The position numbers and the translations under genes are program-made. From positions 32,001 through 96,000 of the IMG/VR virus record IMGVR_UViG_3300028048_000002: DNA of 64,000 nt; one strand, 5' to 3'. Under the pieces are notes generated by a model. It was not told the DNA's origin. It did no database searches and saw nothing but the letters and a program-made list of their open reading frames with translations. The DNA is from a virus. Lineage: Duplodnaviria; Caudoviricetes. This document shows, in pieces, positions 30,471 to 40,850 of this stretch. Within the stretch, counting starts at the first letter, position 1. Each line of letters starts with the position of its first letter.

Positions 30471-31460
30471 TTATTCTGCTTTTATTTGAATAGCTTCAAT
30501 AGCACACCCTATACCTACTGTACCAGTCATATATCCTGCAGATACCCATCCAGTCCAACCATAATTACTCAAATGAACTCTATAAGATACTTTAAATTTC
30601 TTTGGATTTTTAACAACATCAATTTCTATTGCTTCAAGTTGTTGAGATTTTCCAACACTACCTATGATAGGATCATGGACACTGCTCTCTTCTCCACTAT
30701 TTTCTGATCCATCAATATATTTCCAAGTTCTCCATCCAACATTCTCACAATGAGCTTTAACAGTTAATTCCATACCTTTAGGGGGGCTTATCTTTAAAGC
30801 TTCTATTGCATAACCATTTCCTGTAGTTCCTGCAGTTTGTCCATCTCTTACAGAAGAACACCATCCTAAATTAGCTACATGTGCACGATAATAAAACCCA
30901 TTATTGTTTACAGGTTTTCCAGGTTGTTGTTTATTTACATGAGAATCTTTTACATCTGCTTTACCGTTATAATGAAGTATACCATCCCAAGGATAATTGT
31001 AATATGCGTGGACAGCTGCTTCCCCTCCAGTTTGATCTCCTCTTTTACCGTAAACTCCACCTGTTTCACTTATGCAGAATTCTGTTAAAATATCAGGAAC
31101 TTGAGTATAGCACATAGCTACATGTGAACTCTCATTAAGATACAAATCACCAGGTTGAGCTAGGAAACTCATAGGTTTCCATTCAAATAAACCACTGGCA
31201 AGAAATATCTTTTTCATATTTCCCGTATACGTAGCATTATCTAAAGAATTAGCATACTTTGTACCTAATAGAGCTTTTCTCCAAGCTGTAATAGTAGATG
31301 AACTACAATCATAATCTCCTACAGCAATAGTAAATTTATGACCATCAACTGTCCAAGTTTCATTATGAGCTCCCCATCGTTCTGCCCAAGAATATCCAAA
31401 TCTATTATCATCTACCATTCTACGGTGAATATCTCTTGCTATTATATTTTTAGTTGCCAT
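30471..31460 (-). CDS. Endolysin: NlpC/P60 (CHAP-like) peptidase plus ChW-type cell-wall-binding repeats
   Basis: YDCSS, TYTGNM, GDLYLN..HVAM; YRAHVANLGW, YRVHLSNYGW, IEAIQI repeats. Confidence 0.85.
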   Translation of the reverse strand: MATKNIIARDIHRRMVDDNRFGYSWAERWGAHNETWTVDGHKFTIAVGDYDCSSSTITAWRKALLGTKYANSLDNATYTGNMKKIFLASGLFEWKPMSFLAQPGDLYLNESSHVAMCYTQVPDILTEFCISETGGVYGKRGDQTGGEAAVHAYYNYPWDGILHYNGKADVKDSHVNKQQPGKPVNNNGFYYRAHVANLGWCSSVRDGQTAGTTGNGYAIEALKISPPKGMELTVKAHCENVGWRTWKYIDGSENSGEESSVHDPIIGSVGKSQQLEAIEIDVVKNPKKFKVSYRVHLSNYGWTGWVSAGYMTGTVGIGCAIEAIQIKAE

Positions 31461-31572
31461 ATGAATTCTCCTTTGATAGCAGATATAACATTCTTGTATA
31501 GATAAAAGATTTATAAGAAATTATTTGATTCGGACTGTCGTTATATAGCCGTATGTGCTAAGCGCTGCTCCA

Positions 31573-31692
31573 CTATTTTACCATCCGACGAGAGACGCTG
31601 CGCTGCTCCTTTACGAACTTGACCAGGTAGCTGAGCGTGCCGGTCGCGATCGCCACGAGCACGGCGTCCACCACGACTTGAAAGCTCTCCAT
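31573..31692 (-). pseudogene. Truncated high-GC holin-like gene co-transferred with the fibre C-terminus
   Basis: MESFQVVVDAVLVAIATGTLSYLVKFVKEQRSVSRRMVK*; one TM helix; GC-rich; ends where sequence returns to AT-rich. Confidence 0.45.
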
Positions 31693-31703
31693 CGTTACAC
31701 CCC

Positions 31704-33029
31704 CTAACGAATCCTCACGGCCTGCACCACGGCGGTAACGCTGAGGTTCCCGCCGCTGTTCTGCCAGCTCGTGAGGTAGTACTTCGTGCTAGCCGACGGG
31801 GTGAGCACGCCAGTTACCCTGACGCGGGTGACGGCACCAGATAAAGCAGCCTCGGTCGCCCTCCATTGCACCGATATACCACTACCGCCAGCTGTGGTGT
31901 TGAGCGCGGCGACACGCCGCCCAGTCCCGTTTGCGGCAAACTCTAAGTTAGCGAATACCATCCACGTCCCCGCCGCCAGAGTGAAGTTGAACAAGTCCTT
32001 GTAGACGCTCGTTGCCGTGCTGACGTTCGTCGCGCTGTTGGTCACGTAGTCGCCCACGTGCAATACCTCGCAGAACGCGGCTGGGTCGCCCACGTCATAC
32101 GTCCGCTCGCCGTTGGCGGTCACTATGGAGCCGAGTCGGTTCCACACGTCGTTCCCATTGGCGTCGTACCCATGCGACTCGAAAGACGCCATGCGCCGCC
32201 CGTCCGCAGCCTGCCTGAGCAGCAGGCGCGAGACCTGCCTGTCGTCCGAGTCCATCATGCGAACGACTCGCGAGACGTTCGCACCCATTGACGGGACACC
32301 GCCATAGCTGGCATCGAGGCGCGAGTCGTGCATGCTGATGTGCTTGTCATCCGTGGTCAGGTCGAGCTCGCCGCCGATTGTGGCGTCTCCCGTCACGTTC
32401 AATGTGCCACCTAAAGTAGCATTTCCGTCAACTTCAAATCTTTTTGTACCTCCAGAATCTATAGATAATTTTAATGTAGAATATACATCACTTCCAGAAA
32501 TTTCTCGTTTAGCTCCCATCGCCATAATAACTTTATCATTAGCTGTATATTGTATATGTAAATATCCTACAGTAGTTCCTTGAGAATCTTCGAAGCCACC
32601 TATTTTACCATATTGTATTTCTGACGGAACAGTACCAATAGTTATATTATCTGCAACAACTGGAAATGCAGAATCACCTTCTAGCGTCTCAGCCCATGTT
32701 CCATCATTTCGCAAAAACGTTGATGTAGATGTTCCAAATGCAATTCCGCTACGTTTCACCGCATTATTACTCGATGCATCTATTATAACTAATTTATCAC
32801 CACTTGCAACAGTCGTATCACTTCCTATTGTTCCAGTACTAGAAATAGAACCATGTGAATGCGATGATGATGCATATCCACTATGTGTATGATTACCTAG
32901 TGGTACAGTTGTACTTGTACTTCCAATAGGTAAATCGTAAATTGTATGTTGATGAGAGATTGAAGCAAACCTCAATTTAAGGTCCGCACATACACGAGTG
33001 ATAATTCCTGCAAGATCTAAATCTGCCAT
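31704..33029 (-). CDS. Tail fibre with a high-GC C-terminal half
   Basis: His-rich HxH shaft (HQH, NHTH, SHSH), TFLRNDGTW; C-terminal beta-sandwich (LAAGTWMVFA). Confidence 0.7.
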   Translation of the reverse strand: MADLDLAGIITRVCADLKLRFASISHQHTIYDLPIGSTSTTVPLGNHTHSGYASSSHSHGSISSTGTIGSDTTVASGDKLVIIDASSNNAVKRSGIAFGTSTSTFLRNDGTWAETLEGDSAFPVVADNITIGTVPSEIQYGKIGGFEDSQGTTVGYLHIQYTANDKVIMAMGAKREISGSDVYSTLKLSIDSGGTKRFEVDGNATLGGTLNVTGDATIGGELDLTTDDKHISMHDSRLDASYGGVPSMGANVSRVVRMMDSDDRQVSRLLLRQAADGRRMASFESHGYDANGNDVWNRLGSIVTANGERTYDVGDPAAFCEVLHVGDYVTNSATNVSTATSVYKDLFNFTLAAGTWMVFANLEFAANGTGRRVAALNTTAGGSGISVQWRATEAALSGAVTRVRVTGVLTPSASTKYYLTSWQNSGGNLSVTAVVQAVRIR

Positions 33030-33038
33030 AAATTTTCC

Positions 33039-34586
33039 TTAATCGCCATAATCAATTCCATCATATGTTATTGTACCATTACCTGTAATAGTGTATAAAT
33101 CTTCAACAAATATTGTTTGCCCATCAAAAGCCACTCCACCAGAACATGTAATATTTGAAGAAGTATATGACGCACCCCAACGACCATCTATTAATATTGC
33201 AAGTTTTTCATATACATCAGATTCAAATACAACAATTGTACTACCTGTTGGAGTTGATATTCCCCCAATAGGTGAACCGATTATTGATCCATTTGAATAT
33301 CCGTATATTGAACAGCTACGAAAATCATCTGGAGATATAGGATTAATTAAAGAAACTGTAACTCTTGCCCCGGGAAATGCTGCATCTACAGCATTATCTA
33401 CTTCAGCATCAGTCATACTGACAGAACCACCTACAGTCATATCGCCACTTCCAAGAAGCGATGATCCATTGATTGTCTTGATGTTTGTCCCACTCACGAG
33501 CGTTGCCTGTCTGCTCGTATCTGTTGGGTGTACGTGGTCTTCGCGTGCATACTTCGCGCTGCTGCCCACCGCCGCAGTGCCGTCCATGCTCGGTGTTGCC
33601 GTAGCTGGATCTACACTACTAGAAGGCTCTGACCCTGTCCAAATACGAATACCTGTTCCGTCATGCCAATACACAGGATGCTCTATTTGCAACTCCATGG
33701 ATGTAGCTGAATATGCAGTTCCTAAATGAATGTAAATTTTACCATCTTTAGAGCTTGGCAAGGATTGAACAATATCATTCATTAAAGCACTACCATCAGA
33801 TTGTGGAGTACACCTAAGATATACAGAATCAGCTGCAGTCAAAGAAAACCCAGAGGCCATATAAGAATATCCGATACTACAAGTATACTGTTGCCAGATA
33901 CCTGTTGCACCTAAACCTGTACCAGATGTACAAGTACCATTAGTAGCACGATAAACTATTGGACCAAACGGATCAATTGGACGAGTATTTAACGTTCTGT
34001 TACTTGTAGCATTTGTAGACGTAGAAGTATTTATAGGAACCCATTTAGAACCATCCGAACTTGTAAGCCAAATACGGTACTTATACCCTGTATCACTAGC
34101 AACTTTATTACTGCTATTAGTTCTAAGCTGATACCCAATAGTATTAGTATTTGAATCATACCCTCTATAAATCCACCATCCACCCGCATTGGAGTCTAAA
34201 GTAGAATCATAGATAAACATCATAGTATATGCAGTGTTAAAAATTGTAGACTCTTGAGTTGCATTTGTTAAATTACTGTAACACTTTTTAGCTCCTAAGT
34301 TATTTATATTCACTGTAAACCCAGAAGCGCTTGTAACTACACCATTATGTAAAATGATACATGTTCCGTCTACTAATTGATCTAATCCAGAAACAGAAGC
34401 TGTGTATGCTGTAGAAGTGCTAGTATTATCTACTGTTCCATACAAAAGAGCATTTGATTTATTTGCATTTCCTTGATATCCTTGGGCATAATCTGAATCT
34501 GCTTGAGTCTTAAAAGCTGAGATTAGATTTTTTATTTTTAACCATACTTCAGCTAAAGAAGTTGGACCCAAATATTTATCTGTCAT
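33039..34586 (-). CDS. Tail fibre
   Basis: KYLGPTSLAEVWLKIK anchor; YAREDHVHP and LVSGTNIKTINGSSLLGSG fibre motifs. Confidence 0.72.
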   Translation of the reverse strand: MTDKYLGPTSLAEVWLKIKNLISAFKTQADSDYAQGYQGNANKSNALLYGTVDNTSTSTAYTASVSGLDQLVDGTCIILHNGVVTSASGFTVNINNLGAKKCYSNLTNATQESTIFNTAYTMMFIYDSTLDSNAGGWWIYRGYDSNTNTIGYQLRTNSSNKVASDTGYKYRIWLTSSDGSKWVPINTSTSTNATSNRTLNTRPIDPFGPIVYRATNGTCTSGTGLGATGIWQQYTCSIGYSYMASGFSLTAADSVYLRCTPQSDGSALMNDIVQSLPSSKDGKIYIHLGTAYSATSMELQIEHPVYWHDGTGIRIWTGSEPSSSVDPATATPSMDGTAAVGSSAKYAREDHVHPTDTSRQATLVSGTNIKTINGSSLLGSGDMTVGGSVSMTDAEVDNAVDAAFPGARVTVSLINPISPDDFRSCSIYGYSNGSIIGSPIGGISTPTGSTIVVFESDVYEKLAILIDGRWGASYTSSNITCSGGVAFDGQTIFVEDLYTITGNGTITYDGIDYGD

Positions 34587-34595
34587 AAAATCCCC

Positions 34596-36995
34596 TTAAA
34601 CACAGATAGCATCTACTTCTGCAGCTGTTAATTCTAGCATTGCATCTTGTTTTGCATTTAATTGAGTAATTGTAGCATACCCAGAAAGATCAATATCCGT
34701 TGTACCTATTTTTTCAAACGAACCGGTACTTCCTGATGTAATCCAAATATACTCATCATAAACATTTGACCCACTACCATTATTGCTTATAAGGTATATA
34801 GTGCCTTTAACCCCAGAAGCAGGTAAAGATTCAACAATTTGAAAATCTATTCCAGTAATTTGCGATATTTCACTAGCTATTTCAGCTATTACGAATGCTG
34901 TAGTAGCAATTTGTGTAGTATTTGTACCAACCGCAGCTGTGGGTGCAGTTGGAGTACCTGTGAGCTCTGGGCTTGCCTTCGGCGCTGCCGCTGCCGCGAG
35001 CTTGTAGGCCATCTGCTGAAGGTAGCCGCTGCCCATGTGCACCCACAGCGAGCCGTCGTACGTGAAGATGAGCGTCTCGTATGCGCCCCACGAATTGTAG
35101 GTAGTGCCGTTGTTTATGGTAGACGTAGTTGCACCCGACGGGATGGCGATGTTCTTAGCACCAGTGGAATTGACATTGAGGGTCGGCGAGGCGGCGCTGT
35201 TGCCATACTGGAACTGCACGGCCACCATGACGCCGGCCGCGAGGGCGAAGTCGGTGCTGTCATCCAGCGTCGCGACCTTCGCGGCAGTGCTGGTAGCTGT
35301 GGTGCACTTGGCGGTATAAAGCTTCGACTTCAGGCTCTTGGTCGCATTGGCTTCGATGCCCTCCAACTTGGAGTAGTGAGCTGCTGACATGGAACCTTGT
35401 TGAGAGGCTGTTGCGGATTTAACGTCAAGTAAGACGATGCCGCTCATTGCGCTTACCGTCATCGCTGATGTCGCACTTGCTGGCTCGATGGTTATTGAAC
35501 CGTTGCTATCAGTTGCCGTGAAGCTCTCTCCATCACCATTGTCCAGCTCGAAGAAGCCGAAGTTCGCTCCCGAGTCGATGCCGTTCAGCTTGGTCTTGTC
35601 CGCTGCGGTCATCAACCCGTGGGCGCTCGTGGTGGCGTCAGAATACGTGGTGTCCGTGGCTGCGATTGTAACCTTGTCGTTCGTTGCATCGGGTGTCAGC
35701 GTCACGTTGGAGCCAGCTACCAGTTCCAGAGTGTCAGTCTTTGCGTCCGCTGCAACAGTGGTGCTACCTACCTTCACATTGGAGAAGGCATTTTGGTTAA
35801 CCTCTGCACCAGTTGCAATTCCATTGAGCTTAGTCTTATCAGCACCTGACATTAAGCCACTTGCACCGCCCGCTACTACATCTGAATACGTAGTATCTGT
35901 AGCAGCGATAGTAATTTTGTCGTTTGTATCGTCGGGTGTTAATGTTATATTAGAACCGGCATATAATTCTAAAGTATCTTGCTTAGTATCAGCTGCAACT
36001 GTTGTATTTCCTACCTTTACATTGCTAAAAGCATTCTGATTTACTTCAGCACCTTCTGCTATTCCATTTAGCTTCGTTTTATCATCAGAACTCATTAAAC
36101 CTGCAGCAGTTGTTGAGGCTTCTATACTAGGAATAGTAACAGTATGTTCTGAAAAAGCAGTCAAGTGCCCTGTAGCATTTACTGTACCTGACAAAGCTTT
36201 AAACGTCCCGCCAAACCCTGGAGTTTGATTTGTGGTATCACCTTTAGAAGCAGCTGTAACTCCGGAAGTAGCATGACTTAATGCGACAGAACCAGAAGTA
36301 CCTGAACCAGATAACGGAGAAGTTGTAGTTATTCCTGTTATTGTACCTACATTATTTGTAGCTGTAGTAGCAATAGTTATTTTATCTTCTGTTGCATCTG
36401 GGGTTATAGTAATTAAGTTTCCAGCAACAATTTCTAAGGTATCTTCTTTAGCATCGGCTTCTATTGTAGTTGTACCACTTTTGATTTTACTGAAAGCATT
36501 CTGGTTTACTTCAGCTCCAGTAGCTATACCATTCAACTTAGTTTTATCTGAACCTGTCATTAAACCTGACGTAGCACTGCCTGCTACAACATCACTATAC
36601 GTGGTATCTGTTGCTGCAATAGTTATTTGATCATTTGTAGCATCAGGTGTTAAAGCTACGTTAGCACCTGCTACAAACGTTAAAGTATCACTTACAGCAT
36701 CTGCTTGAATGTTAGTAGAGCCAATAGTTATATTAGAAAAAGCGTTCTGATTAGGTTGAGCTCCACTAGTAATTCCGTTTAATTTAGATTTATCATCAGC
36801 ACTTAAAGCACCAGCAGCAGTTGTAGTAGCAGCTGGAAAAGTAGCCGCACTTCCTAAATTTTCCCCACTTGCGTTTTTAAGCTGTAAACTAACTGTAGTT
36901 GTAGTTGTAGATACTCCAATACTTCTACCAAAATTGGCTTTAATCTTGGACCATACTTCAGCAAGAGCATTTGAACCAACATATTTATCTGTCAT
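34596..36995 (-). CDS. Long tail fibre with repeated GLMSxxDKTKLNGIAxGAEVNQNAF units
   Basis: KYVGSNALAEVWSKIK anchor; LTGTPTAPT..NTTQIATTAFV; YDEYIW..FEKIG; C-terminal LTAAEVDAIC. Confidence 0.78.
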   Translation of the reverse strand: MTDKYVGSNALAEVWSKIKANFGRSIGVSTTTTTVSLQLKNASGENLGSAATFPAATTTAAGALSADDKSKLNGITSGAQPNQNAFSNITIGSTNIQADAVSDTLTFVAGANVALTPDATNDQITIAATDTTYSDVVAGSATSGLMTGSDKTKLNGIATGAEVNQNAFSKIKSGTTTIEADAKEDTLEIVAGNLITITPDATEDKITIATTATNNVGTITGITTTSPLSGSGTSGSVALSHATSGVTAASKGDTTNQTPGFGGTFKALSGTVNATGHLTAFSEHTVTIPSIEASTTAAGLMSSDDKTKLNGIAEGAEVNQNAFSNVKVGNTTVAADTKQDTLELYAGSNITLTPDDTNDKITIAATDTTYSDVVAGGASGLMSGADKTKLNGIATGAEVNQNAFSNVKVGSTTVAADAKTDTLELVAGSNVTLTPDATNDKVTIAATDTTYSDATTSAHGLMTAADKTKLNGIDSGANFGFFELDNGDGESFTATDSNGSITIEPASATSAMTVSAMSGIVLLDVKSATASQQGSMSAAHYSKLEGIEANATKSLKSKLYTAKCTTATSTAAKVATLDDSTDFALAAGVMVAVQFQYGNSAASPTLNVNSTGAKNIAIPSGATTSTINNGTTYNSWGAYETLIFTYDGSLWVHMGSGYLQQMAYKLAAAAAPKASPELTGTPTAPTAAVGTNTTQIATTAFVIAEIASEISQITGIDFQIVESLPASGVKGTIYLISNNGSGSNVYDEYIWITSGSTGSFEKIGTTDIDLSGYATITQLNAKQDAMLELTAAEVDAICV

Positions 36996-37060
36996 ATAAA
37001 TACCTCCAACGGATGTAGAAATCTAAATTCATTAAAGGTGATAATATGAAAATAAATGAT

Positions 37061-37321
37061 TCAACACATAGTATGATTCCAAAAATCAAGCAATAACTTC
37101 CTATGTAAAATTCCACGATCATAAGGAGAAAATTCAACCTGAATAACTTTATTATTCAATGTAGATAATTGTTTTTCAGCAAAGAACTTACTAGTCCAAT
37201 TACTAATTGTTCCTACAGGAATTTTAAGTTGTTTTGAAATATCTAAAGATGTTTCTCCTGCAAGTATTCTATTGATGGCTTCAGTTCTAATTTCTTCAGA
37301 ATATATGTAATTTCTACCCAT
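37061..37321 (-). CDS. Helix-turn-helix protein
   Basis: YSEEIR..GETSLDISKQLKIPVGTISNW. Confidence 0.6.
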   Translation of the reverse strand: MGRNYIYSEEIRTEAINRILAGETSLDISKQLKIPVGTISNWTSKFFAEKQLSTLNNKVIQVEFSPYDRGILHRKLLLDFWNHTMC

Positions 37322-37467
37322 AACAATAAATTAGTGTTACAAAATAATAGATTCCATAAAATAAAATTTTACAGAATCTATTAACGAAATGAAATATAAC
37401 TTGTAATTTAAATAGTTGATATTATGGTAACTTTATATTGAATGACTTTGAAGCTCTTACATAGCAG

Positions 37468-37758
37468 TTAATAATCATATCCAAGTCTTTTATGATACTT
37501 AAGATAAGCATCAATGTCAGCTTTAAGCTCAGCTAAATTATAAGAATGACCACTTACTGTCTCTTGCAATTCATCATCTTCATCCGGATCCATCGACCAC
37601 CAATAAGATACTCCATCAATATCTCTATCTTTATACAACTCCGTCAATCTAACTTGTTGATATTTTGGAAGATTTTTAGCTACAGATTGATCTACATCAG
37701 GATTAGATGAAACTTGTATAGGTTTCCTACCTCTAGCAGCTTTGATAACTCGTTTCAT
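37468..37758 (-). CDS. MKRYIK-leader family protein
   Basis: MKRVIKAA start at 37758. Confidence 0.6.
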   Translation of the reverse strand: MKRVIKAARGRKPIQVSSNPDVDQSVAKNLPKYQQVRLTELYKDRDIDGVSYWWSMDPDEDDELQETVSGHSYNLAELKADIDAYLKYHKRLGYDY

Positions 37759-37762
37759 AATT

Positions 37763-38044
37763 CTATCCTTCATATAGTAACAAACCGTTTTTATGATCTA
37801 TATATCCAGAATCTTCGAGACTTTGCATGATGTCTTCATAAAGTTTATCTTCAAGCGCCTCTGTAAGAGTTGCATGAGTAGTGTAAAAATAATCTTGAAT
37901 TTGAGCATAAGTTTCAGATACTACATCATCATAACTAAAAGCTTCTCCACTTTCAATAAAATCTATAGTATTACTTAATGCTTCTTAATAACAAGCATCA
38001 TATACAGATTCGTTTAAACTGCTAGATTTAATATATCGTTTCAT
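37763..38044 (-). pseudogene. MKRYIK-leader gene with an in-frame TAA at codon 20
   Basis: MKRYIKSSSLNESVYDACY*EALSNTIDFIESG..LEDSGYID; TAA at 37985-37987; frame stays open to 37763. Confidence 0.65.
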
Positions 38045-38071
38045 ACCGCACCTCTAATATCTATAATTTTA

Positions 38072-38287
38072 TTAATATTGTTTATCTATCATATCCTCGT
38101 AACAAGCTGAAGTGAGTTCTTCTAGAAAATCAGCAGTTTTATCATCCCAACCACTTGAACCACTAAACCATTCAAGACATTCAACTAAAAGACGACCATA
38201 ATCTTCATAAGTTGTGCAAATTTCGATGATAGTGTCATACATATCACCATCATATTCTTCTACTACTTTATCAAGCATTCCACGCAT
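38072..38287 (-). CDS. Small acidic protein
   Basis: AAGGAG RBS; 71 aa, D/E-rich. Confidence 0.55.
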   Translation of the reverse strand: MRGMLDKVVEEYDGDMYDTIIEICTTYEDYGRLLVECLEWFSGSSGWDDKTADFLEELTSACYEDMIDKQY

Positions 38288-38340
38288 TATACTTCTCCTT
38301 AATAAGAATGTAACAACAACTTAAAAATGATATAATCTTT

Positions 38341-38796
38341 CTAGTTAATATATCCTTCAAGTTCTAGTTGATCTAATACAGCATCTTCTATTTCATCCAT
38401 GTCATCAATATCTAGGTGCCCTGCAACTTTTGCAACTTGAGCATAAACTTCATGCCGTATTTCATATTCATCTGCAATATCACCGTAATCGATAGCAGAA
38501 GAAACATTAAGCACAATTTCTTCAATAAGCTGCTGTTTATTCATTGTTTCGTAATAGGTGGATGCTTTAACAGCTTTACCTTTACTTTTAAGATAATCGT
38601 AGTACTTAATAATATCTACAATACTCTTAAAATCAGAATCAGAAATAGTAGGACTGTTATTGTATTCTTGCCACCATGTAAGGATATCATTTGGATCAAG
38701 AGACAATATACCAGCATCATACGCTTCACAAACATGATTTCGGAATTGTGAATCCCACCAACGTGGCTTTCTAGCACATGCAATATATCTTTTCAT
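38341..38796 (-). CDS. MKRYIK-leader family protein, two-domain
   Basis: MKRYIACA start; internal KAVKAS. Confidence 0.6.
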   Translation of the reverse strand: MKRYIACARKPRWWDSQFRNHVCEAYDAGILSLDPNDILTWWQEYNNSPTISDSDFKSIVDIIKYYDYLKSKGKAVKASTYYETMNKQQLIEEIVLNVSSAIDYGDIADEYEIRHEVYAQVAKVAGHLDIDDMDEIEDAVLDQLELEGYIN

Positions 38797-38814
38797 AAGT
38801 ATTATCCCCTTTAG

Positions 38815-39078
38815 CTAAAACAAAGATTCATCATCTTCCGCATCATATTCATATGCTGCTTCTTCAAGTTCCTCAGCTGCACGAACAAGATTTTCTCCGA
38901 GAGTTCCGATGTAATTTGCAAGCTCAGTATACGTAGAACAATATGTATATGCACCTCTTACACAGGTTTTAAGTTCGTAAGAAAGATTGTATATATCATC
39001 AAGAACTTCAAAAACTTGATCTAAATACTCTTCATCCCAACCTTCAAGGGAATTTGAAGCTTTAATTGACCTTTTCAT
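38815..39078 (-). CDS. MKRYIK-leader family acidic protein
   Basis: MKRSIKAS. Confidence 0.65.
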   Translation of the reverse strand: MKRSIKASNSLEGWDEEYLDQVFEVLDDIYNLSYELKTCVRGAYTYCSTYTELANYIGTLGENLVRAAEELEEAAYEYDAEDDESLF

Positions 39079-39124
39079 ATTAACTCCTGTTTAAAAGACT
39101 TAAAACTTATAAGCGAATATAAGA

Positions 39125-39319
39125 TTAAACGCTAATGTATGCATTGTAATTAAGCGATTTGCAGAAAACCTGACATGAATCTGCTTCAACATCAGTAATG
39201 AGAATATCATGTCCACAGATACAAGTTATCGTGCAGTTCAAGGCATCTTCAAGAGATTCAATATCAGCATGAGTAGAACAATCATGATCACAAACAGGAC
39301 AATGGAAGTAAAATTTCAT
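39125..39319 (-). CDS. Small zinc-binding protein
   Basis: CPVC..CICG. Confidence 0.5.
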   Translation of the reverse strand: MKFYFHCPVCDHDCSTHADIESLEDALNCTITCICGHDILITDVEADSCQVFCKSLNYNAYISV

Positions 39320-39331
39320 ACCTGCTCCTTC

Positions 39332-39518
39332 CTACCAATACTCTATGCTAAGCTTTTCCCTAATCATAGACCACAAGACACATTCATCATCACCGTAGCT
39401 ACCATCAGGCCATTTCTTATTTGCAATCAGATCCAAAACATCTTCAATCTGCTCAAAGGAAAAAACTTGATCATTCTTGATAGCTTCTCGCCTATTATCA
39501 AACGTGGTCTTGCGCATA
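39332..39518 (-). CDS. Small hypothetical protein
   Basis: Probable start MRKTTF after AAGGAG; start coordinate approximate. Confidence 0.45.
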
Positions 39519-39527
39519 TTGAACTCC

Positions 39528-39743
39528 TTAAAAATACATAAACAATGTTTGCTCAGATACTCCAAACTTTTCACAAAAGAACTTTACGCGTTTATCTAAT
39601 ACTTCAAGCCAATACTCTGCATTTTCCTTATCATAATCATTTCGATAAATGAAATAGTTAAACCAAGCTTGGCGAATGCTCTTGTTAGCCTTGATGAAAT
39701 TTTCTTCAATAGGAGCGTACAGATCTTCAAATTCTTCAGGCAT
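39528..39743 (-). CDS. Small hypothetical protein
   Basis: Probable start MPEEFE. Confidence 0.45.
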   Translation of the reverse strand: MPEEFEDLYAPIEENFIKANKSIRQAWFNYFIYRNDYDKENAEYWLEVLDKRVKFFCEKFGVSEQTLFMYF

Positions 39744-39745
39744 TG

Positions 39746-40090
39746 TTAGACCACCTTCCACATCTTTTTAGGTTCAACACCTTGAGGCAGATAACTCCAC
39801 AAGAAATTAGGTTCTTCACAATTGAGAATAGCTTGAGCTTCATCGAGTTTATTTTCGCAAACAAGACGAATAACTTCACGAAGAGCTGCCAACTGGCAAT
39901 TAACAAGTTCTTGTTCTTTAGACAAATAAAACCCGCAGTAACGAGAGCAACCTTCGTAGCGATAAACAAAACCAGGGCTCTTAACTTTCCCACGACAATC
40001 CTTGGGAGGTGTGAGTTGCCCGCGCTTGAATACTTTATACAGAAGATTGCACTGCTTGCGGGTGAAGTAATCGTAACTGAGATAACTCAT
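39746..40090 (-). CDS. Early protein
   Basis: AAGGAG RBS; downstream of the promoter at 40131-40159. Confidence 0.55.
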   Translation of the reverse strand: MSYLSYDYFTRKQCNLLYKVFKRGQLTPPKDCRGKVKSPGFVYRYEGCSRYCGFYLSKEQELVNCQLAALREVIRLVCENKLDEAQAILNCEEPNFLWSYLPQGVEPKKMWKVV

Positions 40091-40130
40091 GATAGTCTCC
40101 TTTTGGATCTTTGATTTCTATCATGTAATT

Positions 40131-40159
40131 ATTGTATAGTAAGTTGTTGAAAAAGTCAA
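40131..40159 (-). promoter_or_regulatory. Sigma70-type (early) promoter
   Basis: TTGACT-N17-TACAAT. Confidence 0.7.
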
Positions 40160-40180
40160 TAGAAAGTTTACATTAATCTG

Positions 40181-40411
40181 CTAATACTCTAATAGTTCCT
40201 CAAACACTCTACGTGTAGCTTCTTGATAACTATCAGACGTTTCATAAGCATTTCCAAACATAACCTCTCCTAGATTTTGAATATTTTCATCATTTCTAAT
40301 ATCTTGAAGAGTCCTCCAATTTGAAAATTGATTATTTCTTATATCTAAAGCTCTATCAACAAAAGAATTAATACTGTCAAATTGATAGTTACTCCTAATA
40401 TAACGTTTCAT
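40181..40411 (-). CDS. MKRYIK-leader family protein
   Basis: MKRYIRSN. Confidence 0.65.
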   Translation of the reverse strand: MKRYIRSNYQFDSINSFVDRALDIRNNQFSNWRTLQDIRNDENIQNLGEVMFGNAYETSDSYQEATRRVFEELLEY

Positions 40412-40414
40412 AAT

Positions 40415-40765
40415 CTACCTAACTTGCGGAATCAAATTGTCATCTAATTCATATGGGCCGTAAATAGTATACATCGTACCGTCATCTATAATGATGGTTT
40501 TGATGTGTTGTTTCTTAAACTTACTGAGGTCAATAGGTACTGTTTCATCTGCATAGAAATATTTGCCATCTTGATACTCTATATAGACTGAACCGTCCCC
40601 GCCGTATCCATCAACCCATGATTCTACACATTCAATCGCATATTGAAGAGCACGTTTTCTAGTAACTTCATCTACATGTGCTTCAAATTCACCATCAGTA
40701 TAAATCTTGAGTCCATCCTCTTCTCGCAACTCTAAGATATTTGATGAATTGATATATCGCTTCAT
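40415..40765 (-). CDS. MKRYIK-leader family protein
   Basis: MKRYINSS start at 40765. Confidence 0.65.
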   Translation of the reverse strand: MKRYINSSNILELREEDGLKIYTDGEFEAHVDEVTRKRALQYAIECVESWVDGYGGDGSVYIEYQDGKYFYADETVPIDLSKFKKQHIKTIIIDDGTMYTIYGPYELDDNLIPQVR

Positions 40766-40850
40766 TACTTCTACCAATCTTAAATATGCTGCTTTTTATT
40801 ACAAGCTTTTCACTCATCTATTCATATATGAATGTTAGGAATTGATTACA

